A stretch of DNA of 64,000 nucleotides from the sequence record NC_061441.1; one strand, written 5' to 3'. Shown piece by piece: positions 36,793-45,342 of this stretch (position 1 is its first letter; each line of letters begins with the position of its first letter). The position numbers were made by a program, and so were the translations under genes. Under the pieces are notes generated by a model. That model was not told the DNA's origin, did no database searches, and worked only from the letters and a program-made list of their open reading frames with translations.

Positions 36793-37670
36793 TATCCACC
36801 TCTACGACCTCGCTTCGCTGCTATCGCAAGCGCTCGCTGTTCTTCGGCTTTGTTCTTATCGTGAACATAAGCACTATGCCAGTACAGCAATTTGTTGATC
36901 GTTATATCATCTGGCACGTAGATGTTCTTGGCACTAGCTAGGTCCAGCGTCATGTTCATCATTGATGTGTCAGAAAACACACGGAAGTAGCCTAAGATAT
37001 CAATCGGACTTTTATACGTGTAGGAGCGGAAGCACTTGTTGCATTTGTGCGTTGTCTCCAGCTCACAACTAACGTACACGTAATTGCCTGCGTTCATTAT
37101 CTCAATGGGGTCAGCGTATTCGAGCGTCTGCTCCAGTGGCAGGTCGCTGTCGATGTACATGGCATTCATCACCTGTGTAGCATCGCGCTCCTCACTAAGT
37201 AACACGGCTTCAATCCAGCGCTGAACGGTAGGATGGCGCAAGCCTTTTGGAAGGTCGCGCCATTTGTGTTCTACGATTCGTTGTCGCATGACTTCTTCGG
37301 TGTTAAGCAGGTTGCAGTCTACTTCTACGAATTTGCAACCACGCGGCCTGTCATAGTAACGCTCTCCGCGCATATCAACGAAGAACGGTTGTGTGCATCG
37401 CCATTCGTATAGACGGTGCGACTGCGGCCAACTATTTCTATCGAACATCGCAAGCATATAACGGAAGTCTTCGAGGTACATGTCTCTGATCTTCACATTG
37501 GTGAAATGCTGCAACGTATCGACAAAGAGTTCAGGCAGTTTATACTTCTGGGCGTTGAACAAACTGGACATAGCGTTCGCAGTGATTTGCTCAATACGCG
37601 CATCGGACCTGCCTGATGGGAGATATATCTCTAACATTAGCGCACGAACATCGAAGGGTTCATATCCCAA
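36792..37670 (-). CDS. Baseplate hub/tail assembly chaperone (gp26-like); likely true start 37637
   Basis: 'MYLEDFRYMLAMFDRNSW...EWRC' and CNKC zinc motif; ATG overlaps the upstream stop (TAATG). Confidence 0.55.
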   Translation of the reverse strand: MGYEPFDVRALMLEIYLPSGRSDARIEQITANAMSSLFNAQKYKLPELFVDTLQHFTNVKIRDMYLEDFRYMLAMFDRNSWPQSHRLYEWRCTQPFFVDMRGERYYDRPRGCKFVEVDCNLLNTEEVMRQRIVEHKWRDLPKGLRHPTVQRWIEAVLLSEERDATQVMNAMYIDSDLPLEQTLEYADPIEIMNAGNYVYVSCELETTHKCNKCFRSYTYKSPIDILGYFRVFSDTSMMNMTLDLASAKNIYVPDDITINKLLYWHSAYVHDKNKAEEQRALAIAAKRGRRGG

Positions 37671-38320
37671 GCACGGACGCTTTTGCGTTTACATGCAGGG
37701 CATTCGAGGCTGATATCAGTCAACACACCGTGACGAGAAGCAAGCACCCACTCAGATAATTGCAGCCACAGTTTCAGGTCTTCCTGTTCTTCCAGTAGCG
37801 CAACGTTCGCATCGAAGTTACGACCCATGTGCGCTACGTGCCAGCTAAACATATCCTCCGAAGCGCGTTCGAAGTGACGCATACGAGGCAGGTCAAACGT
37901 TTCATGCTCGGCAGCCAATACAGCCACAGTCATGGAAGTCTCATCGACAATGCCGACGTTGTTTGCTGCACAAGGGAACGTATTGATAGCACCACCTTCA
38001 GGGCGCATCTCGTTAACGATTCCATCGGAATATTCAAACAGCGGTTTGTTGCAACGCCAGTGTGTCATCAGAGGCATTACGGAGTTCATCCACATGCGCT
38101 GCTGGAAGACGAGCGCATAGGCATCAGGCACAGTCAGTTCATCGAGAGGAATAGACAGGCACGGAGCCAGTGCATCGAGAAGGATATACTTCATGTCCTT
38201 CTTATCAATCGCTTTCGCAATCGCACGGTTCTCTTTACCGCCAAAACGACGCATCGTAAAGGCTGGTGGGAGTTGTGCTTTGTAACCATGCGACGGTAAA
38301 CTCGCTGTTTGAATTTCCAT
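37637..38320 (-). CDS. Baseplate hub/tail assembly chaperone (gp26/gp51-like paralogue)
   Basis: LPSHGY...LTVPDAYALVFQQR...HWRC; C-terminal CPAC. Confidence 0.55.
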   Translation of the reverse strand: MEIQTASLPSHGYKAQLPPAFTMRRFGGKENRAIAKAIDKKDMKYILLDALAPCLSIPLDELTVPDAYALVFQQRMWMNSVMPLMTHWRCNKPLFEYSDGIVNEMRPEGGAINTFPCAANNVGIVDETSMTVAVLAAEHETFDLPRMRHFERASEDMFSWHVAHMGRNFDANVALLEEQEDLKLWLQLSEWVLASRHGVLTDISLECPACKRKSVRAWDMNPSMFVR

Positions 38321-38331
38321 TTATTCTTATC

Positions 38332-38844
38332 TCATATCAAAGGACGGGAAACATCAAGAGCCATTTGAACACTCCACATACCACGACCTCCTGTGCCATT
38401 AAGCGTAATGCTTTGACCGCCAATAGGCCAACAGTTGCGGAGTTGTTGTTCGCCAACCATTTGCCCCTGGTTGTCGTATAGCTCAATGATAAGATTTTTC
38501 TTGTACACAGACGGCAATCTAAAGCCGCCAGTATACGGGTTCTGAATCAAGTTCTGCCACGCGTTCATATACTTCATGACAGCGAGCTTTTGGTCGAGGC
38601 CAAACAGCAAACTGAATCCATCAACACTTGAACCGTGTGGCCAGTTGATTTGCACAGTGGCCACTTCTTTCGATTTAGATTGATAGACAGAGAACGGTAA
38701 GTCTACCTCTTCACATGCGAACGGGCTTAACGATATATTACCAATAACAGGAAATTCTCGCACACGCCACTTGTCCTGCATGAAAGGATCATCAAGGCCA
38801 GGAGCAGAAGAATCATTCAGATCGTCAAGTGTTGGCAGCGGCAT
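38332..38844 (-). CDS. Tail tube-like protein (gp19/gp54 family paralogue)
   Basis: CEEVDLPF, NAWQNLIQNPYTG...YKKNLIIELYDNQG....LRNCWP signature. Confidence 0.75.
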   Translation of the reverse strand: MPLPTLDDLNDSSAPGLDDPFMQDKWRVREFPVIGNISLSPFACEEVDLPFSVYQSKSKEVATVQINWPHGSSVDGFSLLFGLDQKLAVMKYMNAWQNLIQNPYTGGFRLPSVYKKNLIIELYDNQGQMVGEQQLRNCWPIGGQSITLNGTGGRGMWSVQMALDVSRPLI

Positions 38845-38846
38845 GA

Positions 38847-39521
38847 TTATTCCTCTACTATGATAAGCACAGGTCGAACATCGCTATCGAGCTTGAGGAA
38901 CGTAGCACCAACCAGATAGCCGTCATTCTCAATTTGCTTGACTACGGCTTTCTCGTAGTCCGTTTCCCACTTCTCACGCTGCGAGGCTTTGTAGCCTTCG
39001 AACGTTTCAGTCGCATCATAGTAGTTATAGACACCACCAGTAGGCATAGGGATACGTGCAAGGAACTGAATACGACCAGCGTTCTTAAACTTGGTCTTAT
39101 GCAGCGCTTGAGTCAGCTTGGTGTTCTCAGCTTTAGAGCCAGGAACAGCTTTAAACGGTTTCTTCGGTTGAGGCTCTTTAGGTGCAGCAGGAAGTTTCTC
39201 ACGCGCAGGAGTATTCTTGTCTGTAGCTTTCTTAACGCGAATGCCAGAGACAGTTCCTGTGAATGGACGACTACGGCTCAACAGTGAACGTGCGGTCGCA
39301 GCGTCTACCGTGAATACCACAGACGGGTCATCCTTATGCAGCACATAGAACAGGTTGCGCTTTGCAGCCTTGATACCGAATACGTCTTTCTCCTCGATAT
39401 CAGCCTCGTGCTCTTTGTTCTCAATGCTGACCTTGCGCTTACCTTCGAAGCGATACCAGTCACAATCCATAATGGACGCGACAGGCAGTTTACGTGCGCT
39501 TTCGCTCAGTAAAATAAGCAT
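38847..39521 (-). CDS. Putative internal head/virion protein (224 aa)
   Basis: Starts MLILLSESA; carries the shared WYRFEG..DVFGI..SRPF domain. Confidence 0.65.
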   Translation of the reverse strand: MLILLSESARKLPVASIMDCDWYRFEGKRKVSIENKEHEADIEEKDVFGIKAAKRNLFYVLHKDDPSVVFTVDAATARSLLSRSRPFTGTVSGIRVKKATDKNTPAREKLPAAPKEPQPKKPFKAVPGSKAENTKLTQALHKTKFKNAGRIQFLARIPMPTGGVYNYYDATETFEGYKASQREKWETDYEKAVVKQIENDGYLVGATFLKLDSDVRPVLIIVEE

Positions 39522-39530
39522 AGAGTCTCC

Positions 39531-39565
39531 AAAACGAAAAAGGGCCAGAACGAATCTTGGCCCTT
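39531..39565 (-). terminator. Rho-independent terminator after the tube gene
   Basis: AGGGCCAAG...CTGGCCCT followed by TTTTCGTTTT on the minus strand. Confidence 0.8.
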
Positions 39566-39572
39566 GTGTTTC

Positions 39573-40085
39573 TTACGATACGAGTTCGGCGTAGTCGAAG
39601 GACCATTCGATTGAGACCGGAACAGCCTGTGCAGCACCAGAGAAGTTCAGGTCTGGTACCTGCTTCGGCCACACGCCGTAGATGTTGTACTCAGCAACTA
39701 CAGAACCATCCATATCGAAGATACGGAAGATTGCTTTGGTCGCGTAGTCTGCTTTACGTGCGCCCAGCTGGGTTTGAGTAGCACGAACAAACTCATGCCA
39801 TTCTTCCAGTTGTTTATACACGGCCATCTCGGAGTTTTCGTTGTACTCGGTAGAGAGCGCGTGAGAGAAGATCTTACGACCAGCGTAGTTGAGCTGGTGG
39901 CCGAACGCTTCTTTCAGAACTTCTTCCAGAGTAGAACCTGGCTTGATACCAGTCTTACAGAACAGACGCAGAGTACGCGCGTAGTCCGCACCACCGACAG
40001 GCGGGTTAGGAATCAGGAACTCGAAGTTGTCATCGAGTAACGGATCTTTAGTAGACGAAAATTCGTCAAGAGTTACCTTTGGCAT
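39573..40085 (-). CDS. Major tail tube protein (gp19-like)
   Basis: Directly after sheath; QLNYAGRKIF, EEWHEFV, YNIYGVWPKQVPDLNFS, VSIEWSFDY. Confidence 0.88.
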   Translation of the reverse strand: MPKVTLDEFSSTKDPLLDDNFEFLIPNPPVGGADYARTLRLFCKTGIKPGSTLEEVLKEAFGHQLNYAGRKIFSHALSTEYNENSEMAVYKQLEEWHEFVRATQTQLGARKADYATKAIFRIFDMDGSVVAEYNIYGVWPKQVPDLNFSGAAQAVPVSIEWSFDYAELVS

Positions 40086-40096
40086 CTAAAAGCTCC

Positions 40097-41782
40097 TTAG
40101 AGTGCACCAGAGTTGATCAGTTGCAGCGCGTACTGGATATCACCAACAGGTGGTACGATAGCCGTTACGTGGATGCGTTTGGTGTAGCGAGTCGGGTCAA
40201 GGAACACGTCGATGATCAGATCGCCACGCGCTTCGTCTTCTGCGGTGTTGTTGGTGTAGTCACAAGTAACTGCATACCAACGTAACCCACGACCTGTCTT
40301 AATCGGTTCGAGGATTGCTTCCATCGCAGACTTCTGGCGCTGTTTCAGAATGTCGTCGTTCGGTTCGAACACAGCACTCAAGTTGTTAGCGCGAGCAGAG
40401 GCGTGAAGCATCGCAAGCAGACGACGCACACCGATATCTTGCAGCGGAGACTTCGTAGTGTAGGTGGTATCAGCACCCCACATGAAGATACCTTCGCCTT
40501 CGAAGATAGCAATCGGGTTAATCTGGTTATCCACCAGAATGTCGCGGTCACCCTGCTTGAAGCGATAGCGCACGTCAGTTGCGAAGTCCAGCTTACCGCG
40601 TTGCATACCGCCAGGCGCAAGCCAGGAAGCGACTTGGTCCGCAGTCAACATGCAGTATGCCATACACACAGACGCTGGTACGTAGAAGTCACGAGCGTTG
40701 GTGTTGTCACGCGCTTTAACGTCAGCATTCGACAGCGCAGACCAAGAGCCGATGATAGAGAACTCAGCTTCTTTGTACGGCTTGTTACCACGACGATACG
40801 CCACAGCGTTGTCACGCGCTTGATACAGCACAGGCACACCATGCGTTGCGATACAGTCCATGCGGCTCTCAGCCAAGTCATCGATCTTGTTCGCAATAAC
40901 AGGATGCTCCAGACCGCCTGAACACAGAATGCCCGCCTGAATGTCTTCCCAGTCGCGGTAGTTATCCCACGCAGTCAGAACAGCAGACAGAGAACGGTTA
41001 GCAATCAGTGCATCGTTGTGATCAATGTCAATCACATCGCCGTCGCTGCCGCCAGTGAACTGACCGTTAGGTGCAGTAGGTGCTGTTGGGTCAGCAGGGC
41101 CACCACCGATAGAGTTGATGACCACGAAGTTCGGGTCTTCCACCAGCTTGTAGTGATTTTCATTCAGCTTAACGCGAATGTATTTCGAGTTCACATTGAT
41201 AACGTCTTCAATGTAGAACTGGTTGCCTGCTTCGTCTTTGTAGTAACGAGTAGTCACCACATGCGTTTCCAGCGGCGTCAGGTAACCAACGCGATACACT
41301 TTGATGATGGACTTAATGCCCAGCGCATCAGTCACGTCAGGTTCAAACGTGATGTACATGTTGTTCGCGTCAGCGTACTGCGACATGGCGTAGATCAGGC
41401 AGATATCACGATCAGAGAAAGCAATCTGCTCAGGGTCTACCAGACCAGCGTCACCGAGAGGACGGCAGGTAGCGAAGTTGTTATACGTTGTGAGATACAC
41501 ACCTGCATACTTCACGGAGAGAGCGACACGCGTGATGTTCAGCTTGGTCGCTTTCGTCATCAGAATCTTGGCGTTCTGGACGTTGTTAGCGTACTTCCCA
41601 GTTGCTGGACCAAAGATTGCGTCGATCTCATCTTTAGAGGTAACAGTTGTGTTCACACCCACAGGACCACGAGGGAACGGCAGAACCAGAGTACACATGC
41701 CATACTGGACAAGTGACGCCTGATTCGAGCGGTCGTTCTCCTGCGTGTAGACCCCCGGAGAGGGGTGATTTGGTTGTAGCAT
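40097..41782 (-). CDS. Tail sheath protein (gp18-like, 561 aa)
   Basis: SPGVYTQENDRS N-terminus; WLAPGG..RG; L.DNQINPI, MWGADT, IGVRRLL, VFEPNDD, DVFLDPTR C-terminal sheath motifs. Confidence 0.95.
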   Translation of the reverse strand: MLQPNHPSPGVYTQENDRSNQASLVQYGMCTLVLPFPRGPVGVNTTVTSKDEIDAIFGPATGKYANNVQNAKILMTKATKLNITRVALSVKYAGVYLTTYNNFATCRPLGDAGLVDPEQIAFSDRDICLIYAMSQYADANNMYITFEPDVTDALGIKSIIKVYRVGYLTPLETHVVTTRYYKDEAGNQFYIEDVINVNSKYIRVKLNENHYKLVEDPNFVVINSIGGGPADPTAPTAPNGQFTGGSDGDVIDIDHNDALIANRSLSAVLTAWDNYRDWEDIQAGILCSGGLEHPVIANKIDDLAESRMDCIATHGVPVLYQARDNAVAYRRGNKPYKEAEFSIIGSWSALSNADVKARDNTNARDFYVPASVCMAYCMLTADQVASWLAPGGMQRGKLDFATDVRYRFKQGDRDILVDNQINPIAIFEGEGIFMWGADTTYTTKSPLQDIGVRRLLAMLHASARANNLSAVFEPNDDILKQRQKSAMEAILEPIKTGRGLRWYAVTCDYTNNTAEDEARGDLIIDVFLDPTRYTKRIHVTAIVPPVGDIQYALQLINSGAL

Positions 41783-41824
41783 CGTGAATCTCCATGAGAA
41801 TGGGCATCGTGAAACGACTATAAC

Positions 41825-41832
41825 AAATTAGC
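41825..41832 (-). promoter_or_regulatory. Putative late-promoter motif GCTAATTT
   Basis: Intergenic, 43 nt upstream of the sheath start. Confidence 0.55.
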
Positions 41833-41838
41833 GTATTG

Positions 41839-42183
41839 TCAGTAGCAAATCACATTAACACGCTGATCAACGTCACTTACGAGAACCGATTGCGCCATCT
41901 TACCAGTGAGAGTGAATTGGCCTTCGATGATCATCTGGCCACCAGCGAACTGCAAGATGATTGGCTCAGCCGTATCAATGTACAGCAGACCTTTAATCTC
42001 AGGCAGTTGATATCCTTTAGGACCAACGATGATCGATTGCTCCATGAACAGGCCATCGAGAGGGATACCTACAGGATGTGACTGTCGCTTGAGCACAGAG
42101 TTTTGGTTGGAGGTGACTGAACGCACACGGCTATCAATCACAAGAGTGCGGTCGAGCTTACGATACTTCTCGCGTGTGTACAT
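41839..42183 (-). CDS. Hypothetical virion protein (114 aa)
   Basis: Coupled to the upstream gene (TAATG); beta-rich. Confidence 0.7.
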   Translation of the reverse strand: MYTREKYRKLDRTLVIDSRVRSVTSNQNSVLKRQSHPVGIPLDGLFMEQSIIVGPKGYQLPEIKGLLYIDTAEPIILQFAGGQMIIEGQFTLTGKMAQSVLVSDVDQRVNVICY

Positions 42184-42923
42184 TAGTCATCGTCCTCTTC
42201 TTCTTCCTCTTCTTCGGTCTCCTGAGCCTTAGTTGCACGAGGCCCTAAGTCCATGTCGATTTCAACGTTCTCGGTGATCTCACCGTAGTTGTTAATCTTG
42301 GCCTGCTCCATGTTGAAACCAATCTTGGTCATGATAGTGATTGGAATCTCCAGTTCGAAACTGCCCGGCGTACTGCCTTCATCGAGGTCATCAATGTTAG
42401 GCAGAGGGATAGAGTCATCAATCTTAACGCGCACAGTCCATTTAGCTGTAGGCATCTCAATAGAGAAACTCATCAGGTCAGTCAAGCCAGCAACCATTAG
42501 CTGTTGCACACACAGCAGCGCCTGATCGATGTTCATGAACTTGAGGTACAGGGAACCTGTAAGAGTGATAGGGAAGTAGTAGTTCGTTACTACAACGGCA
42601 TTCGTACCATCGCTGCCTATAGCCCAGCCAGAACCGTGACGTGCAATGTTCTTAATGTTCACGGATTCTTCGCGGTTGAAAGCCATAGTAGGTAGTTTGA
42701 ACCAGCCGTACGGATAGTCAGTGCTTTGATTGTTCGTTGCACGAATACCCTGCTTAGGGTTGTTATGCACAGACCAAACAAAACGCTTTAGGCCGAAGCC
42801 TTGTCTGAATTGGCGTTGAAAGCCAAAGATGGTTGCTCGTAACGATGTGCTGTTCTTGAGCAAGCCTGCAACGTTTGCGCTCATGTGGAGCTCCAGAGAC
42901 GAAAAAAGGGCGGCCGAAGCCAC
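42183..42923 (-). CDS. Neck/tail-terminator protein (gp15-like); likely true start 42884
   Basis: Position between capsid and sheath. The track's start overlaps a terminator; MSANVAG at 42884 has a GGAG RBS. Confidence 0.55.
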   Translation of the reverse strand: MASAALFSSLELHMSANVAGLLKNSTSLRATIFGFQRQFRQGFGLKRFVWSVHNNPKQGIRATNNQSTDYPYGWFKLPTMAFNREESVNIKNIARHGSGWAIGSDGTNAVVVTNYYFPITLTGSLYLKFMNIDQALLCVQQLMVAGLTDLMSFSIEMPTAKWTVRVKIDDSIPLPNIDDLDEGSTPGSFELEIPITIMTKIGFNMEQAKINNYGEITENVEIDMDLGPRATKAQETEEEEEEEDDD

Positions 42924-42929
42924 CCTTTT
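42902..42929 (-). terminator. Rho-independent terminator (C-UUCG-G loop)
   Basis: AGGGTGGC-TTCG-GCCGCCCT-TTTTT; 24 nt identical to 60831..60854. Confidence 0.85.
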
Positions 42930-42948
42930 GGTTACCCGTAGTCGGGTG

Positions 42949-43368
42949 CTAGTCGTCGAGTCGTAAGCGAATCAGAGAAGACGCGGCGGCAGAGTCGGAT
43001 TCAACGGTAGCGTCGTCCTCATCTTCCAGGTCTTCTTCATCGTCTAGGTCTTCATCTTCTTCCTCATCGGAATCGGAGTTCAGACTGATGATTTCGTCAT
43101 CGCCATACAACGCAGCGACTTGTTCTTCCTCGGCATTAAGCGCTAAAGCAGCAGATAACGCAGCAACGGATTCGTTCATACCTGATGCGCTACTCACAGA
43201 GTTAACGAGGCATGACGCTTCGAAGTTATCCGTGAGTTCACAACAAAGAAAGTCCTCAGTGTCTGGCGCTACAGCAGCTTGAGCAAGCAAGCGGGAAGCA
43301 TCCATCCACTGTCCGTCACGCGCTGCGACGATTGCCAGTGCAGCTAAGGAACCAGATAAAGTCTTCAT
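42949..43368 (-). CDS. Small acidic head-associated/core protein (139 aa)
   Basis: After the capsid gene; Asp/Glu tract bounded by S-x-S motifs; RBS GAGG. Confidence 0.7.
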   Translation of the reverse strand: MKTLSGSLAALAIVAARDGQWMDASRLLAQAAVAPDTEDFLCCELTDNFEASCLVNSVSSASGMNESVAALSAALALNAEEEQVAALYGDDEIISLNSDSDEEEDEDLDDEEDLEDEDDATVESDSAAASSLIRLRLDD

Positions 43369-43420
43369 GCTTGGTCCTCAGTTAAGAGGGCAACACTATG
43401 CCGCCCTCAATGCACTACAA

Positions 43421-44521
43421 TCATCCGCGAACTGCTTTGGCCACAGAACGCACGTTCGCCAGAGTGAAGGAGAAGGTGCTAGACAGCAACCAGCCGCGGT
43501 CGGTGTTACCCTGGTTAGCGCCAGAGGTCGGAGTAGACTGGGTGCCGCCACGAGTGGTGTACACTGCGTGGTAGTCCTGGTCAGCCAGAACGTACAGCTC
43601 GCCGTCTTGCAGAACGCGGTGCTCTGGAGCACGGAAGCCGTCAGTTACCAGTTCCATACCCAGCAGGGTACCCAGACGACCGGTGGTGATCAGGTCATAC
43701 TTAGACACTGGGTCCAGAGCAGAGCTGAACTGATCGTTACCAACGATATCGTTCCAGTAGTCCTGCGCCATCACGGCAGTGCTGACAGGCAGCGGCCAGG
43801 AAGACACAGAATTTTTCAGGGTAGACAGCAGACGCGGAGTCAGGTCACCGTGAACGAAGGTCATCGGGTTAGCAACGCCGACTGCCTGGTCACAAGCACG
43901 TTTCCACAGACGGTCTTCTGCAACCATGATAGAAGACAGGCCGTCTTGCTGCGCACGGTCCAGCAGGTCGCCGTTGATCTGGTCCAGATCCATTTTGCTG
44001 ACGCGGATGTTGGATTTCAGTTCGAACTCAGCAGGCGTGTATACACGACCGCGGAACTGGTAGTAACCCATGTCAGAAGGACCGGTCGCGATGATTGCTT
44101 CCGCCTGATGAATTTTCAGTTCGATACGAGCGATATCGCCCTGACGAACGGTAGCGCCTTTACACACTTTGCGCAGCAGGCCAGCACGTTCAGCACGGTC
44201 TTCGATAGATGCAACGATAGAAGCACCCAGAGAAGCCCACTTCTCACCAGAGCTGTCAGCCACAGCTTCCTGGAACAGTTCGATCTTCTCTTGCTCTGAC
44301 AGGCCGCCAGCATTTGCAGAAGTAGAGTGAACCAGTTCGCCGTTCTGGAATGCGCCCATCAGCTTAGTGATTTGGCCCAGCAGGTCTTTTTGGCTCGATG
44401 CGTTGATCTCACCAGTGGAAGAGGAAAGCGCCAGCTCACCTTTACCACCAAAACGCAGGTCTTCGATAGGCGCGCCATTACGCAGGGTTACTTTAGCGCC
44501 GCGCATTAAAGAGTTGTTCAT
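43421..44521 (-). CDS. Major capsid protein (HK97 fold, 366 aa)
   Basis: Strongly biased codon usage; order protease-scaffold-decoration-capsid. Capsid-like motifs (AEDRLWK, MAQDYWNDI, GRLGTLLGMELVTD, GELYVL). Confidence 0.8.
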   Translation of the reverse strand: MNNSLMRGAKVTLRNGAPIEDLRFGGKGELALSSSTGEINASSQKDLLGQITKLMGAFQNGELVHSTSANAGGLSEQEKIELFQEAVADSSGEKWASLGASIVASIEDRAERAGLLRKVCKGATVRQGDIARIELKIHQAEAIIATGPSDMGYYQFRGRVYTPAEFELKSNIRVSKMDLDQINGDLLDRAQQDGLSSIMVAEDRLWKRACDQAVGVANPMTFVHGDLTPRLLSTLKNSVSSWPLPVSTAVMAQDYWNDIVGNDQFSSALDPVSKYDLITTGRLGTLLGMELVTDGFRAPEHRVLQDGELYVLADQDYHAVYTTRGGTQSTPTSGANQGNTDRGWLLSSTFSFTLANVRSVAKAVRG

Positions 44522-44583
44522 TAGTTGCTCCTGAGATTAATCTCGTAAGTTTTCAGATACTAAACAGTCACGGTGCGCGACGA

Positions 44584-45306
44584 TTAAGCGCCGTAAGAGG
44601 AAGTGGTTTCGATGATCAGGTAGCCGCGCTCAGTAGTAGGCGCTTGCTTGATGATCAGACCTTTCAGCACGGTGCCGTTACCACCGATGGTCAGCAGGCC
44701 GTTTGGACCCAGGCTTGGGTGCAGCACGTTGTCAGCAGACCAGTCAGCAGTCGGGTCAAACATGGAGGTAGCAACGTTACCCAGTTTGATGTACGCGATG
44801 CGGCCTTCAACGTTAGACGGCAGACCACCGATAGGAGCATCAGCAGTGTAAGAACGCGCTTCGGTCACGGTCAGTTCGTAAGCATACTGGATGCGAACTT
44901 TCTTACCAATGTCGTCAGCGTGGAAGTACAGGTCAGCACCCTGAACACCGACTTTACCTTCGGCAGTAGGAGCTGCGTTAGCTTCCTGATCTGCTTTAGT
45001 ACCGTCGATTTTAACCAGCAGTGCGCCAGCGTTAGGAACGCGGGATGCAGTGAATTTTTTGGTAGCGTCGATAACGAACTCTTCCACACGGTTCATGTTC
45101 GCAGGCGGCATAGAGCGAGCCAGAGCGAAACCGGCGAATACTTCGTCAGCAGCACCAGTAGACAGACGCAGGAAGGAGTGACCGCCTTCGCGAGTCCAAA
45201 CCAGTGCGACGCCTTCTTCGTGGATTACTTCACCCGGCAGCAGATCAGCTTCCTGGGTCTGTACGATTGCGGTAGCGTTTTGAAACAACATAATCAAATT
45301 CTCCAA
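44584..45306 (-). CDS. Capsid decoration/structural protein (240 aa)
   Basis: Highly biased codons; between scaffold and capsid; 'FAGFALARS' and beta-rich body typical of decoration proteins. Confidence 0.65.
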   Translation of the reverse strand: MENLIMLFQNATAIVQTQEADLLPGEVIHEEGVALVWTREGGHSFLRLSTGAADEVFAGFALARSMPPANMNRVEEFVIDATKKFTASRVPNAGALLVKIDGTKADQEANAAPTAEGKVGVQGADLYFHADDIGKKVRIQYAYELTVTEARSYTADAPIGGLPSNVEGRIAYIKLGNVATSMFDPTADWSADNVLHPSLGPNGLLTIGGNGTVLKGLIIKQAPTTERGYLIIETTSSYGA

Positions 45307-45342
45307 TAAGAGATTGCGAGATTAAACTACTGTCTGCCTGTA

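Noticed and set aside
36792-38320. Programmed frameshift between tail chaperone genes
   Set aside because: The apparent 34-nt overlap disappears with the TAATG-coupled start at 37637; no slippery heptamer seen.
43367-44299. 310-aa plus-strand ORF
   Set aside because: Antisense shadow of the major capsid gene.
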